The notes below the pieces were generated by a model. It did not search any database. It was not told the DNA's origin and saw nothing but the letters and a program-made list of their open reading frames with translations. A program made the translations under genes and the position numbers. This document shows, in pieces, positions 28,404 to 39,122 of a stretch of DNA of 44,882 nucleotides; position 1 is the stretch's first letter; each line of letters begins with the position of its first letter. The DNA is from an uncultured Clostridia bacterium (GTDB lineage: Bacteria; Bacillota; Clostridia; TANB77; CAG-508): NCBI GenBank assembly GCA_944390295.1, contig CALXPV010000002.1, positions 1 through 44,882 of the forward strand, written 5' to 3'.

Positions 28404-29945
28404 ATGCCAAGAGAAAAAATTTTTTCAAAGCTAAAATATAAAGATTATAATGCTTTACTAGAAAAAGTTTTAGAAACTAAAGAATTTCCTAGTACATCAA
28501 AAAATTTAGTGTTAAGTATTTTATATAAAATGGAAGCAGGATATGAAGATTATAAAAATACAAAAAGAGATGTAACAGAAAAAGGAAAAATAATAACAGA
28601 TTTAATAAATATAGTACAAAACCATTGTGATGTTTTAAATGTCATTAAACCAGAAAGTAATAGAAGTACTGCTTTAAAAGAAGTAAAAGAACATTATATA
28701 TCAGATATAAAAGAAAAATCTTTAGAAGTTTTACCAAATGAAAGACTAATATTACAAGGATTATATAGTTTGGACTATAATGCTAATATGGTATGTGACA
28801 AATATGGTCTTCTAAAAAAAGCAATAACATATGTTTTAAGTAGAGGAGCATCATCAAATAAAGCAGAATTAATAAGAGATTTTAACGGATATTCTTGGTA
28901 TATATCACCTATAGAATTTGAAGATATTTATTCAAATTTAATATTCCAAAATATAAGAATAATAGCAGGAAATGATTTGTTAGAGGAATGGCTAAATAAT
29001 ACTGATAAAAATAAAGACTATTTACAAGATTTAGAGAAAGAATTAACTAGAAGGTTAGATAATAAAAAGGCTAAGGAATTAATTCATCAAATGTTAAAAA
29101 CAATGTTAGTAGTATATTTAACAAGATTTCCAGAAGAAAGACCAGAAAAAGAACAAGAAGAAGATAAGAAAACTATTTTAAAGCAATTAGATGAAATTTC
29201 TAGAAAAAAGAAAAAATGCTTAAAAGAAGTGGAAAGATTAGATAAATATATTAATAATACAACAAACCTAAAAAGAGAATTAACAAGAAGAAAGAAATTA
29301 GGAACAGATTTAGAAAATATTGAAGAATTAAGAGAAGTTTTAATAAAAGACAGAGAAAATTATATAAAACAAATTATGAAATACAATAAAGCAATAGACC
29401 CAACAAGATTTGTTAAAAAAGTAAAAAGAGCTAAAGAAGTTCCAATAATAAATTATGATGAAATAATAATTAATAACTCAAGCTTAGAAGATGAAATTAT
29501 AAGATTACAAAAATTATTCTTAAGTGATTACAAAATATTAATAGAAAAGCTAGAAGGAAGAAGAGAAATAATAGAACTTATGTATGAGTTTAGATATTAT
29601 AATTTAATTCCTATAGATGATGAAACTCAAATAAAAGATGAGATTAGTTTATCAAAAGAAATAGACGAAGTAAGAACTTTTCTAATAAAGAAAGCTTTAA
29701 ACGGAAAAATTATTAATGTTGTAAACAATAATGAATATATAAATTTAGAAGTTTTAAAAAATATTTTTTCATTAAGAATAATAAATTTAGAAAATGCAGA
29801 AGTATTTTTTCAAAATACAGAAGATGGTGCAATAGTAAATTACTTAGAAGGAAATACAGAAGAAACAGCTGTAAAAATGATTTTTCCAAAAGATATAGGA
29901 AAATATAAAATTAAAGAAAATAGAAAAATAAAAATATTTTCTTAA
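28404..29945 (+). CDS. Hypothetical K/E-rich 513-aa protein, no recognised family
   Basis: RBS AAAGGTGGA. Starts 15 nt after the ftsK stop. Central coiled-coil-like region. Confidence 0.6.
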   Translation: MPREKIFSKLKYKDYNALLEKVLETKEFPSTSKNLVLSILYKMEAGYEDYKNTKRDVTEKGKIITDLINIVQNHCDVLNVIKPESNRSTALKEVKEHYISDIKEKSLEVLPNERLILQGLYSLDYNANMVCDKYGLLKKAITYVLSRGASSNKAELIRDFNGYSWYISPIEFEDIYSNLIFQNIRIIAGNDLLEEWLNNTDKNKDYLQDLEKELTRRLDNKKAKELIHQMLKTMLVVYLTRFPEERPEKEQEEDKKTILKQLDEISRKKKKCLKEVERLDKYINNTTNLKRELTRRKKLGTDLENIEELREVLIKDRENYIKQIMKYNKAIDPTRFVKKVKRAKEVPIINYDEIIINNSSLEDEIIRLQKLFLSDYKILIEKLEGRREIIELMYEFRYYNLIPIDDETQIKDEISLSKEIDEVRTFLIKKALNGKIINVVNNNEYINLEVLKNIFSLRIINLENAEVFFQNTEDGAIVNYLEGNTEETAVKMIFPKDIGKYKIKENRKIKIFS

Positions 29946-29960
29946 AATAGGAGGATACTA

Positions 29961-31616
29961 ATGAAAATAACTTTTTTAGGAGCTACAAAAACTGTAACTG
30001 GTTCTAACTTTTTAGTAGAAGGTGCAGGAAAAAGATTTTTAGTAGATTGTGGATTATTCCAAGGTAAAGCAACAGAAGAATTAGAAAATTCAGAACCATT
30101 TGAATTTGATATAAATAGCATAGATTTTATGCTATTAACACATGCACATATAGACCATTCAGGAAGAGTTCCAAAATTATATAAAGATGGGTTTAGAAAA
30201 AATGTTATAGCAACAAAAGCTACTTGTGATTTATGTTCTATAATGCTTCCTGATAGTGGTCACATACAAGAAATGGAAATAGAATGGACAAATAAAAAGA
30301 GAAAAAGAAAAGGTGAAGAACCATTAGAACCATTATATACAGCAGAAGAAGCCGCTAGGTCATTAGAATTATTTCGAGCTGTAAAATATGATGAAGTAAT
30401 AGAAATAGATGAAAATATACATGCTAGATTTAATGATGCTGGTCATATGTTAGGTTCTGCTACAATAGAAGTTTGGATAAATGAAAATGGAAAAGAAGAA
30501 AAAATAGTATTTTCAGGTGACTTAGGAAATAATGATATACCACTACTTAGTGAGCCAACAATGATAGAAGATGCTGATTATTTAGTTATGGAATCTACTT
30601 ATGGAAGTAGAATGCATATGAGAAATGATGATAAAGCCGAATTATTTTTAAATATTGTTTCAGAGACATTAGAAAGGGGAGGAACAGTAGTAATTCCTTC
30701 ATTTGCAGTAGGAAGAACACAAGAAATCTTATTTGAAATAAACAAATTAAAAGATAAAAGAGATGACGAAGATTTTAAGAAAAAATATGAGGAATTAATG
30801 AGAGTTCCAGTATATGTAGATAGTCCTCTTGCAATTTCTGCAACAGAAGTATTTGAAGATAATATGGAATTATTTGATGAAGAAACTCAAAAATACATAT
30901 CAGAAGGAAATAATCCATTAGAATTTCCAGGATTAAAATTTACACGTACAGTAGAAGAATCTAAAGCATTAAATGAAAGTGATGAATCATGTATAATTAT
31001 ATCTGCAAGTGGAATGTGTGATGTAGGTAGAATTAAACATCATTTAAAACATAATATATGGAATCCTCTTAATACAATTTTATTTGTTGGATATCAAGCA
31101 CCTGGAACATTAGGATATAGTATTGTAAACGGTGCTAAGAAAGTAAAATTATTTGGAGAAGAAATGGCAGTAAATGCTCAAATCGAATATATAGAGGGAT
31201 ATTCAGGACATGCAGACCAAGAAGGATTATTAAACTTTATATATTCTTTCATAAAAAAACCCAAACACATATTCTTAGTTCATGGAGAACCAGAAGGACA
31301 AGAAGTATTAAGATCTAAAATTATGGAGACAACAAATTTACCTGTAACAATTCCATCTTTTGGTGAAACATATGAAGTTACAGATGAAAGAGTAACATTA
31401 ACTGGTAGATACAGAAGAGATACAAAAGAAAATAATAAATTTACAAGAGTTGCAATTATAGATAGATTGAATGGATTAAAAGAAAGAATTGCTGATATGC
31501 AAGATTTAATAAAAGATGATTTAAATGAAAATACAATCGAAAATTCAGAAATTGACAGCTTAACTGCTAAAATACGTGATTTACAAAATCAAATTAGTAG
31601 AATAGTAAAAAAATAA
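29961..31616 (+). CDS. MBL-fold beta-CASP family (RNA-metabolising) hydrolase with C-terminal coiled-coil tail
   Basis: HAHIDHSG (HxHxDH), ...DAGHMLGSA..., ...SGHAD..., ...LVHGE. Confidence 0.8.
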   Translation: MKITFLGATKTVTGSNFLVEGAGKRFLVDCGLFQGKATEELENSEPFEFDINSIDFMLLTHAHIDHSGRVPKLYKDGFRKNVIATKATCDLCSIMLPDSGHIQEMEIEWTNKKRKRKGEEPLEPLYTAEEAARSLELFRAVKYDEVIEIDENIHARFNDAGHMLGSATIEVWINENGKEEKIVFSGDLGNNDIPLLSEPTMIEDADYLVMESTYGSRMHMRNDDKAELFLNIVSETLERGGTVVIPSFAVGRTQEILFEINKLKDKRDDEDFKKKYEELMRVPVYVDSPLAISATEVFEDNMELFDEETQKYISEGNNPLEFPGLKFTRTVEESKALNESDESCIIISASGMCDVGRIKHHLKHNIWNPLNTILFVGYQAPGTLGYSIVNGAKKVKLFGEEMAVNAQIEYIEGYSGHADQEGLLNFIYSFIKKPKHIFLVHGEPEGQEVLRSKIMETTNLPVTIPSFGETYEVTDERVTLTGRYRRDTKENNKFTRVAIIDRLNGLKERIADMQDLIKDDLNENTIENSEIDSLTAKIRDLQNQISRIVKK

Positions 31617-31628
31617 AGGAGAACACAA

Positions 31629-33581
31629 ATGAAGAAGAAATATTTTAATGATGCATTTATAGGAAATAGAAAAATGATTGCAAGTATTTCAAGACATGGA
31701 GAACTTTTAAGATTATCATATCCTACAGTAGATTATAGGCAATTTATAGATTTTTACGAAACAGGTGTTAAGATAAATGATTCTATGCTTATAAGACTAG
31801 AAGATGATATTAACAATGTATATAAGCAATATTATTATGAAGATACAAATGTCTTAAATACTGAAATAGAAAACACTTACTTTAATCTTAAAATATTACA
31901 AGAAGATTTTATACCAATGGAAGAAGAAGTTTTAATTAGAAGATATGAGTTTACTAATAATAATAAAATAGATTTAGATGTAAAGTTTTTAATAAATTCT
32001 AAAATGTTTTCTAATTTAAATAATATGGTAGGTGCAAGAGTATGCAATAATGCAATGCTACAATATGGACATGATTTTGCAATGGCAACTTTTTCTAATC
32101 TACCAATACATGGATATCAACTAAATAATGTAGATAATAATATTTCGTCTGGAATCTTGCAAGATAAAGATTATATAGGAATGTCAGATCATTCTGCAGT
32201 TTCTTACGATATAGGAACTATAAAACCAGGAGAAACGAAAAAATTTAATATATATATTTATATAAATAAAAATTATAAAGTTGATGTACTATATGATCTT
32301 ATAAATGAAATTGATAGAATAAAAGAATTTGACACATTAAAATTATTAAAAGAAACAAAGAATTATTGGAGAAAATATGTAAAAAAACATGAAGTACTAA
32401 AGCTTAAAGATTATGGTGAAGAATATAATTCAAAAGTAGAGAAAATTTTAAAAAGAACAATTTTATTATATCCTTTATTAGTAAATGAAAAAACAGGTGG
32501 AATAAGTGCAGCACTAGAAGTTGATGAAGAGAAGGACTTGTGTGGAAGATATAATTATTGTTGGCCAAGAGATGCTGTAACTATTTCTCAAGCATTAGAT
32601 ATGATTGGAATGTATGATGAGGCAGATAAGTTTTATAATATCTTTTTAAGAAAAACTCAAAGTAAAAATGGAATGTGGGAGCAACGTTTCTATACAGATG
32701 GAAGATTAGCTCCATGCTGGGGATATCAAATAGATGAAACAGCAAGTGTATTAGTAGGAATATATCAACATTTTAAGATAAAAGAATTTAGAAAAAAAGA
32801 AAAAGATATGGACTTATTAATAAAGAATCTAGATATGTGTGAAAATGCAACAGAATTCTTAAAAAGATATGTAGATCACCTTATGGGAAAAGAGGAAGAA
32901 GAAGTTCCGATAGAAGAGAAATATAGTTATTTGAACAGAAAACAAATCTATAAACATGTAAGTTATGATTTGTGGGAAATGAATGAAGGTGTACATTTAT
33001 ATTCTATATCTGCAATATATGCTGCATTTGACGCTATGGAAAAAATTTATTTAGAAATTCAAAAAGAAAATAAAAAATTTAAAATGCCACTTGATTTTAC
33101 AGAACTTTCACAATATAGAAACGAAATAAAAGAATATATATTAAATAATTTAGTAGATAAAAATCAAAATATCTTAAAAAGAAATACAAATGATAATAGT
33201 ATGGACATAAGCATATTGGGAGCAATTACCCCATTTAAAGTATTTAAACCAGATGAGGAAATTGTAAAAAATACAATTCAAAAAATCAATTTAACATTAA
33301 GAACATATACTGGTGGAATCTTAAGATTTGAAAATGATGGATATATGGGAGGTAAAAATCCTTGGCCAATAGCTACATTATGGATGTATATGTATTATAA
33401 AATGATAGGTGCAGAAGAAGAAGCAATAGAATGTTTTAGATTTATTGTAAAAACAGCAACAAATTTAGGATTTTTAGCTGAACAAATTGATAATGATAAA
33501 ATGGAAGCAAATTGGGTAATAGGATTAGGATGGTCACATGCGATGTTCATATTAGCTTTAGGAATAGAAGAATTAATGTAA
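31629..33581 (+). CDS. Glycoside hydrolase family 15 (glucoamylase/glucodextranase-like)
   Basis: CWPRDA, WEQRFYTDGRLAPCWGYQIDETA, DLWEMNEGVHLYS, and GFLAEQID near the C-terminus. Confidence 0.75.
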   Translation: MKKKYFNDAFIGNRKMIASISRHGELLRLSYPTVDYRQFIDFYETGVKINDSMLIRLEDDINNVYKQYYYEDTNVLNTEIENTYFNLKILQEDFIPMEEEVLIRRYEFTNNNKIDLDVKFLINSKMFSNLNNMVGARVCNNAMLQYGHDFAMATFSNLPIHGYQLNNVDNNISSGILQDKDYIGMSDHSAVSYDIGTIKPGETKKFNIYIYINKNYKVDVLYDLINEIDRIKEFDTLKLLKETKNYWRKYVKKHEVLKLKDYGEEYNSKVEKILKRTILLYPLLVNEKTGGISAALEVDEEKDLCGRYNYCWPRDAVTISQALDMIGMYDEADKFYNIFLRKTQSKNGMWEQRFYTDGRLAPCWGYQIDETASVLVGIYQHFKIKEFRKKEKDMDLLIKNLDMCENATEFLKRYVDHLMGKEEEEVPIEEKYSYLNRKQIYKHVSYDLWEMNEGVHLYSISAIYAAFDAMEKIYLEIQKENKKFKMPLDFTELSQYRNEIKEYILNNLVDKNQNILKRNTNDNSMDISILGAITPFKVFKPDEEIVKNTIQKINLTLRTYTGGILRFENDGYMGGKNPWPIATLWMYMYYKMIGAEEEAIECFRFIVKTATNLGFLAEQIDNDKMEANWVIGLGWSHAMFILALGIEELM

Positions 33582-33596
33582 AGAGGGACTTATTAA

Positions 33597-34955
33597 ATGA
33601 AGGCAAAAACAGTATTTGTATGTAATGAATGTGGATATGAATCTGCAAAATGGATGGGAAAATGCCCTGCTTGTAATGCATGGAATACATTTTTCGAAGA
33701 AAAAATATCAACAAAAACAGAAGGTGGAAAAAAAGAGAAGAAAATTGAACAAACACCAAAGCCATTAAACAGTTTTGTAGGAAAAGATGCTAAAAGAACT
33801 TCTACAGGATATGCAGAATTAGATAGAGTACTAGGAGGAGGTCTAGTAAAAGGATCTTTAGTACTAGTTGGTGGAGAACCGGGAATAGGAAAGTCTACTT
33901 TAATATTACAAATATGTAATAAAATTAAAGGAGAAGGAAAAGTTCTTTATGTATCAGGAGAGGAGTCTGCAGAGCAAATAAAACTAAGAGCAGACAGATT
34001 AAACATAAATAATGAAGATATATTATTTTTAGGAGAAACTGATATAGATGTTATTGATGAAGCAATAGAATCTATTGTTCCAAAACTTGTTATAATAGAT
34101 TCTATGCAAACCATGTATTCTGACGAAATATCTTCTGCAGCAGGAAGTGTAAGTCAAGTTAGAGAAATTACATCTAGAATAATGAAAATTTGTAAATCAA
34201 GACAAATTACGACAATTATAATTGGACATGTTACAAAAGATGGAAATATAGCAGGCCCTAGAGTTTTAGAACATATGGTAGATACAGTATTATACATAGA
34301 AGGAGAAAGATATTTTTCTTATAGAATTGTAAGAGGTGTAAAAAACAGGTTTGGATCTACAAACGAAATTGGAATGTTTGAGATGCAAGAAGAGGGAATG
34401 GTAGAAATAACAAATCCATCTTCGATACTAATATCTGAAAAAGAAGATAATCCTTCAGGTTCAATAGTTGTAGCAACAATGGAAGGAACAAGACCGCTTT
34501 TAGTAGAACTTCAAGCATTAGTAACTCAAAGCGTTTTTGGGTTACCAAGAAGAACTGCAAATGGTATAGATTACAATAGATTAACATTATTAGTAGCAGT
34601 TATGGAAAAAAGAGCAGGATTTGCCTTAGGAAACCAAGATGTATATTTAAATGTAGTAGGTGGAATGAAGATTAGTGAGCCAGCACTAGATTTAGGTATA
34701 TTACTTGCTACTGCATCAAGCTATAAAAATGTTAGCATTCCCAAAGGTGTTATAGCTATGGGTGAAGTAGGACTAACTGGAGAAATAAGAACAATTAACA
34801 TGATGGAAAAAAGGCTGAAAGAGGCTGAAAAGTTAGGTTTTAAAAAATGTATAATTCCAGAAAATAACAAAAAACTATTGAAATATAGCTATAAATTGGA
34901 TATAATTGGTGTGAAAAATATAAATGAAGCAATGAAAGCAATAGGTTTAAAATAA
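33597..34955 (+). CDS. radA: DNA repair protein RadA/Sms
   Basis: Zn finger CNECGYESAKWMGKCPACNAWNT, Walker A GEPGIGKST, KNRFG motif, Lon-like C-domain. Confidence 0.96.
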   Translation: MKAKTVFVCNECGYESAKWMGKCPACNAWNTFFEEKISTKTEGGKKEKKIEQTPKPLNSFVGKDAKRTSTGYAELDRVLGGGLVKGSLVLVGGEPGIGKSTLILQICNKIKGEGKVLYVSGEESAEQIKLRADRLNINNEDILFLGETDIDVIDEAIESIVPKLVIIDSMQTMYSDEISSAAGSVSQVREITSRIMKICKSRQITTIIIGHVTKDGNIAGPRVLEHMVDTVLYIEGERYFSYRIVRGVKNRFGSTNEIGMFEMQEEGMVEITNPSSILISEKEDNPSGSIVVATMEGTRPLLVELQALVTQSVFGLPRRTANGIDYNRLTLLVAVMEKRAGFALGNQDVYLNVVGGMKISEPALDLGILLATASSYKNVSIPKGVIAMGEVGLTGEIRTINMMEKRLKEAEKLGFKKCIIPENNKKLLKYSYKLDIIGVKNINEAMKAIGLK

Positions 34956-34992
34956 CCGTTAATATATTGTAAGCTAGAAAGGGTTGATTAAC

Positions 34993-36069
34993 TTGAGAAT
35001 CAGCAAGAAGGACGAAGTTACAGATATATTAAAACTAATAGCACCAGGAACATTAATAAGAGAAGGATTAGACAATATATTAAAAGCTAAAACAGGTGCA
35101 TTACTAGTGTTTTCAGATAATAAAGAAGTACTAGATTTAGTTGATGGAGGCTTTTTTATAGACGAAGAATATACACCATCTAAATTATATGAATTAGCAA
35201 AAATGGATGGAGCAATTATTTTAAGTACAGATTTAAAAAGGATTTTATATGCCAATGCTCAACTAATACCTTCACCAGAAATAGAAACAACAGAAACAGG
35301 AACAAGACATAGAACTGCAGAGCGTACTGCAAAACAAACTGGAGCATTAGTAGTAAGTATTTCACAAAGAAGAAATATAATTACAGTATTTAAAGGTGAT
35401 TTACGTTATACAATGCGAGATTCGTCTACAGTATTAAATAGAACAGACCAAGCAATACAAACATTAGAAAGATATAAAAAAGTATTTGATAGTAAATTAA
35501 ATATATTAAATGAATATGAATTTAATGATATTGTAACATTAGATAATGTAATTACAGCAATACAAAGAGCAGAAATGGTTATGAAAATTGTAGATGAAGT
35601 AAAAAGAGGAATTTCAGAACTTGGTGATGAGGGAAGGCTAATAAGCATGCAACTAGAAGAACTAGTTGGAGGACTAGAAAAAGAAGAATTACTAATTATA
35701 AAAGATTATAATGGTAAAATAAAAGAAAAAAATGAGGAAGAATTACTAGAAGAAATAATAAATCTACCATACGAAGATTTATTAAAAGCATCTTCAATAG
35801 CTAAAATATTAGGCTATGAAAGTTTTGAAAACTATGATGAAGTTGGTGTATATACTAGAGGATATAGAATATTAAATAAAATTCCGAAAGTTCCTAGTAA
35901 TATAGTAGATAATTTAGTAAAATCGTTTAAGTCGTTCCAACATATTTTATCTGCAGATATACCAGAATTAGATGAGGTAGAAGGAATTGGTGAAGTAAGA
36001 GCCAAAACAATAAAACAATCATTAAAAAGAATGCAAGAACAATTTATATTTGATAATGCATTAATATAA
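34993..36069 (+). CDS. disA: DNA integrity scanning protein DisA (diadenylate cyclase)
   Basis: LIAPGT..R.GL.NIL.A..GALLV, DGAIIL, TGTRHRTAERTAKQTG, C-terminal HhH (GIGEVRAKTI). The start is uncertain: TTG at 34993 (9 nt after AAAGGG) or TTG at 34984. Confidence 0.93.
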   Translation: MRISKKDEVTDILKLIAPGTLIREGLDNILKAKTGALLVFSDNKEVLDLVDGGFFIDEEYTPSKLYELAKMDGAIILSTDLKRILYANAQLIPSPEIETTETGTRHRTAERTAKQTGALVVSISQRRNIITVFKGDLRYTMRDSSTVLNRTDQAIQTLERYKKVFDSKLNILNEYEFNDIVTLDNVITAIQRAEMVMKIVDEVKRGISELGDEGRLISMQLEELVGGLEKEELLIIKDYNGKIKEKNEEELLEEIINLPYEDLLKASSIAKILGYESFENYDEVGVYTRGYRILNKIPKVPSNIVDNLVKSFKSFQHILSADIPELDEVEGIGEVRAKTIKQSLKRMQEQFIFDNALI

Positions 36070-36085
36070 AATAGGAGGAAAACAA

Positions 36086-36841
36086 ATGAAAGCAAAAAGA
36101 ATAATAATGGTAATAGCAATTATAATAATAATTGCATTAATAGGAATAGTAGGTTTTACATTATATCAAAAACAAACTACTACAATTTCAAATCCTATTG
36201 CAACAATGGAAATTGAAGGATTAGGAACTATGAAAATTGAGTTATATCCAGATCAAGCACCAAATACAGTTAAAAACTTTATTACATTAGCAAATAGAGG
36301 ATTTTATGATGGATTGACTTTCCATAGAATAGTTAAAGATTTTATGGTACAAGGTGGAGATAAAGAAGGAACAGGATCAGGATCTCCTACTTTAGCAGAT
36401 TTAAGAGATGACGGATCAAAAACAGAAACTTATGCAATTAAAGGAGAATTTGTACAAAATGGATTTAATCAAAATTCTTTAAGACATGAAAAAGGTGTAA
36501 TATCTATGGCTAGATCTGATTATAGTCAAATGGGACTATATGAAGAAGGATACAATTCAGCAGGCTCACAATTCTTTATAATGACAGAAGATAATTCTAG
36601 TTTAAATGGATATTATGCAGCATTTGGTAAAGTTATAGAAGGAATGGAAGTATTAGATAAATTAAATGAAACAAAAGTAGAAGAAGCAGAAGATGGAGCA
36701 GAAGCAAGTACTCCAGTTGACCCACCGGTTATTAAAAGTGTAAGAGTAGATACATTTGGTGTAGATTATGGAGAACCAGAAACAGTAACACCATTTGATT
36801 ACAATTCTTATTTACAACAATTATACGGAATGAGCTATTAA
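36086..36841 (+). CDS. Membrane-anchored cyclophilin-type peptidyl-prolyl isomerase
   Basis: N-terminal TM, NTVKNFITLANRGFYDGLTFHRIVKDFMVQGGD, SAGSQFFIM. Confidence 0.88.
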   Translation: MKAKRIIMVIAIIIIIALIGIVGFTLYQKQTTTISNPIATMEIEGLGTMKIELYPDQAPNTVKNFITLANRGFYDGLTFHRIVKDFMVQGGDKEGTGSGSPTLADLRDDGSKTETYAIKGEFVQNGFNQNSLRHEKGVISMARSDYSQMGLYEEGYNSAGSQFFIMTEDNSSLNGYYAAFGKVIEGMEVLDKLNETKVEEAEDGAEASTPVDPPVIKSVRVDTFGVDYGEPETVTPFDYNSYLQQLYGMSY

Positions 36842-36850
36842 TAAATTAAT

Positions 36851-36888
36851 AAAAAACACTTAAGAAATTTTCTTAAGTGCTTTTTTTT
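36851..36888 (+). terminator. Intrinsic terminator
   Basis: CACTTAAGA-AATTT-TCTTAAGTG followed by CTTTTTTTT. Confidence 0.75.
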
Positions 36889-36972
36889 GTGAATTTTTAC
36901 ATTAGCTTTTACTAATTAGGGACAGTGATTAAAAATCAAGCATATAATATTGTATAAGAGAGGTAATGTTAT

Positions 36973-38115
36973 ATGAAAATAAGATATTTTGATCATGCGG
37001 CTACAACTGCAGTTGCAGAAGAAGTAAAAGATGAAATGTTACCATATTTTACAGAAAATTATGGTAATGCATCTGCATTATATGATTTAGGTAAAAAATC
37101 TAAAGAAGCTATAAATATAGCAAGAGGAAGAGTAGCTAGAGCAATAAACGCAAAACCAAATGAAATATATTTTACGTCTTGTGGTACTGAAAGTGATAAT
37201 TTGATATTAAAAGGAATTGCAAAAGCCTATAGAAATAAAGGGAACCATATAATTACAAGTAAAATAGAACATCCAGCAATATTAAATTCTTGTAGAAGCT
37301 TAGAAAAAGAAGGAGTTAGAGTAACTTATTTAAATGTTGATAAAAATGGTTTTGTTGATTTACGAGAACTAGAAAAGGCAATAAATAAAGATACAATACT
37401 AATATCAATAATGATGGCAAATAATGAGATTGGAACAATAGAACCGGTAAAAGAGATTGCAGAAATAGCGCATATAAATAATGTGATTTTTCATACAGAT
37501 GCAGTTCAAGCAATTGGAAATATAAAAATAGATGTTAAAAAACTAGGAATAGATGCAATATCTATGTCTGCACATAAGTTTTATGGACCAAAGGGAGTAG
37601 GGGCTTTATATGTTGATGAAAATATAAATTTTGTTCCTATACAAAATGGAGGACATCAAGAAGATGATAAAAGGGCAGGTACAGAAAATGTTGCAGGAAT
37701 AGTTGGATTAGGTAAGGCAATTGAAATAGCAAATCAAGGGATTGAAGAATATAATAATAAATTATTAAATTTGCGAAATTACTTTTTAGAAAGAATAAGA
37801 GTAATACCATATACTAAAATAAATGGAGATTTAGATAAAAGATTATCAGGAAATATTAACATATCTTTCTTAGGTGTAGATAATAGAGATATAATGAAAG
37901 AATTAAATAAAAAAGGAATATGTGTTTCTGCAGGTTCAGCATGTAGTAGTGGCTTTATTAGGACTTCTCACGTGCTTTCTGCAATAGGGCTTTCTGAAGG
38001 TATTGCAAGAGGAACCATAAGAATAACATTTGGCAGGGAGAACACAAAAGAAGATATAGATTATTTAGTAGATACACTAGAAGAAACTATAAAAAAACTA
38101 AGAATTCAAAACTAA
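36973..38115 (+). CDS. Cysteine desulfurase (NifS/IscS family)
   Basis: PLP lysine motif SAHKFYGPKGVGALY and active-site loop GSACSSG. Confidence 0.9.
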   Translation: MKIRYFDHAATTAVAEEVKDEMLPYFTENYGNASALYDLGKKSKEAINIARGRVARAINAKPNEIYFTSCGTESDNLILKGIAKAYRNKGNHIITSKIEHPAILNSCRSLEKEGVRVTYLNVDKNGFVDLRELEKAINKDTILISIMMANNEIGTIEPVKEIAEIAHINNVIFHTDAVQAIGNIKIDVKKLGIDAISMSAHKFYGPKGVGALYVDENINFVPIQNGGHQEDDKRAGTENVAGIVGLGKAIEIANQGIEEYNNKLLNLRNYFLERIRVIPYTKINGDLDKRLSGNINISFLGVDNRDIMKELNKKGICVSAGSACSSGFIRTSHVLSAIGLSEGIARGTIRITFGRENTKEDIDYLVDTLEETIKKLRIQN

Positions 38116-38146
38116 AAAAAGAAGAGCTTTTAAAGCTCTTCTTTTT
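38114..38146. terminator. Bidirectional terminator between convergent genes
   Basis: AAAAAGAAGAGCTTT-T-AAAGCTCTTCTTTTT. Confidence 0.8.
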
Positions 38147-38154
38147 GAATTATA

Positions 38155-39105
38155 TTATTCTTTAGCAATATCTTTTAATTTTTTATTAACTGCCTTTTTT
38201 TCTCCGTCTTTAATAACTTCTGTTGCAGCTCCTAAACCACCTAAAGCTGCTGTAGCTTCAAATGGGATAAATACTTTGTTTGCATCACCTTTAGCAACTT
38301 CTTCAAGAGCTTCTAAAGATTTTAATTGAATAAGTTTTTCGTCTGGATCTGCTTTTTTAATTGCTTCATATACCATTCTGACTTCTTCTGCTTTAGCTTC
38401 TGCAACTTTTCTAATAGCTTCAGCTTCACCGGCAGCTCTTCTGATTCTAGCTTCTTTATCAGCTTCAGCTTGTAAGATTGCAGCTGCTTTTTGTCCTTCA
38501 GCAAGTGTGATTGCAGATTGTCTTTCACCCTCAGATTGAAGAATTAAAGCTCTTTTATTTCTTTCTGCGTTCATTTGTTTTTCCATTGCATCTTTAATAT
38601 CTTCTGGTGGGTTAATATCTTTAATTTCTACTCTGTCTATTTTACATCCCCATTTATCTGTTGCTTCATCTAGTATAGATCTTAATTTTTGGTTAATTAA
38701 ATCTCTTGAACTAAATGTATCGTCTAAAGTCATTTTACCAACGATATCACGAATTGTAGTAATTGCTAAATATTCAATACCTTTCTTTAATGATTGAATT
38801 TCATAAACTGCTTTTGCAGGGTCTGTAATTTGATAGAATACAACTGTATCTATTGTAATTGTAACATTATCTTGTGTAATAACTCCTTGTGGAGGTATAT
38901 CCATTGTTTGTTGTTTTAAACTAACAACACTACGAACATGATCTACAAATGGAAAGATAATTGTAAGACCAGCGTCTGCTACTTTATGAAATTTACCTAA
39001 TCTTTCTATAATATAAACTTCAGATTGTTTTACAACCTTAATTGATTTGTAAGCTATAATAAGTATTAAAACAATTAAGATTACTAAAAATATAATTCCT
39101 CCCAT
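38155..39105 (-). CDS. SPFH/Band-7 (stomatin-like) protein
   Basis: N-terminal TM, SPFH core (...QTMDIPPQGVITQDNVTITIDTVVFYQI...), A/E/K-rich coiled-coil tail. Confidence 0.88.
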   Translation of the reverse strand: MGGIIFLVILIVLILIIAYKSIKVVKQSEVYIIERLGKFHKVADAGLTIIFPFVDHVRSVVSLKQQTMDIPPQGVITQDNVTITIDTVVFYQITDPAKAVYEIQSLKKGIEYLAITTIRDIVGKMTLDDTFSSRDLINQKLRSILDEATDKWGCKIDRVEIKDINPPEDIKDAMEKQMNAERNKRALILQSEGERQSAITLAEGQKAAAILQAEADKEARIRRAAGEAEAIRKVAEAKAEEVRMVYEAIKKADPDEKLIQLKSLEALEEVAKGDANKVFIPFEATAALGGLGAATEVIKDGEKKAVNKKLKDIAKE

Positions 39106-39122
39106 AATTTTCTCCTTTTATT

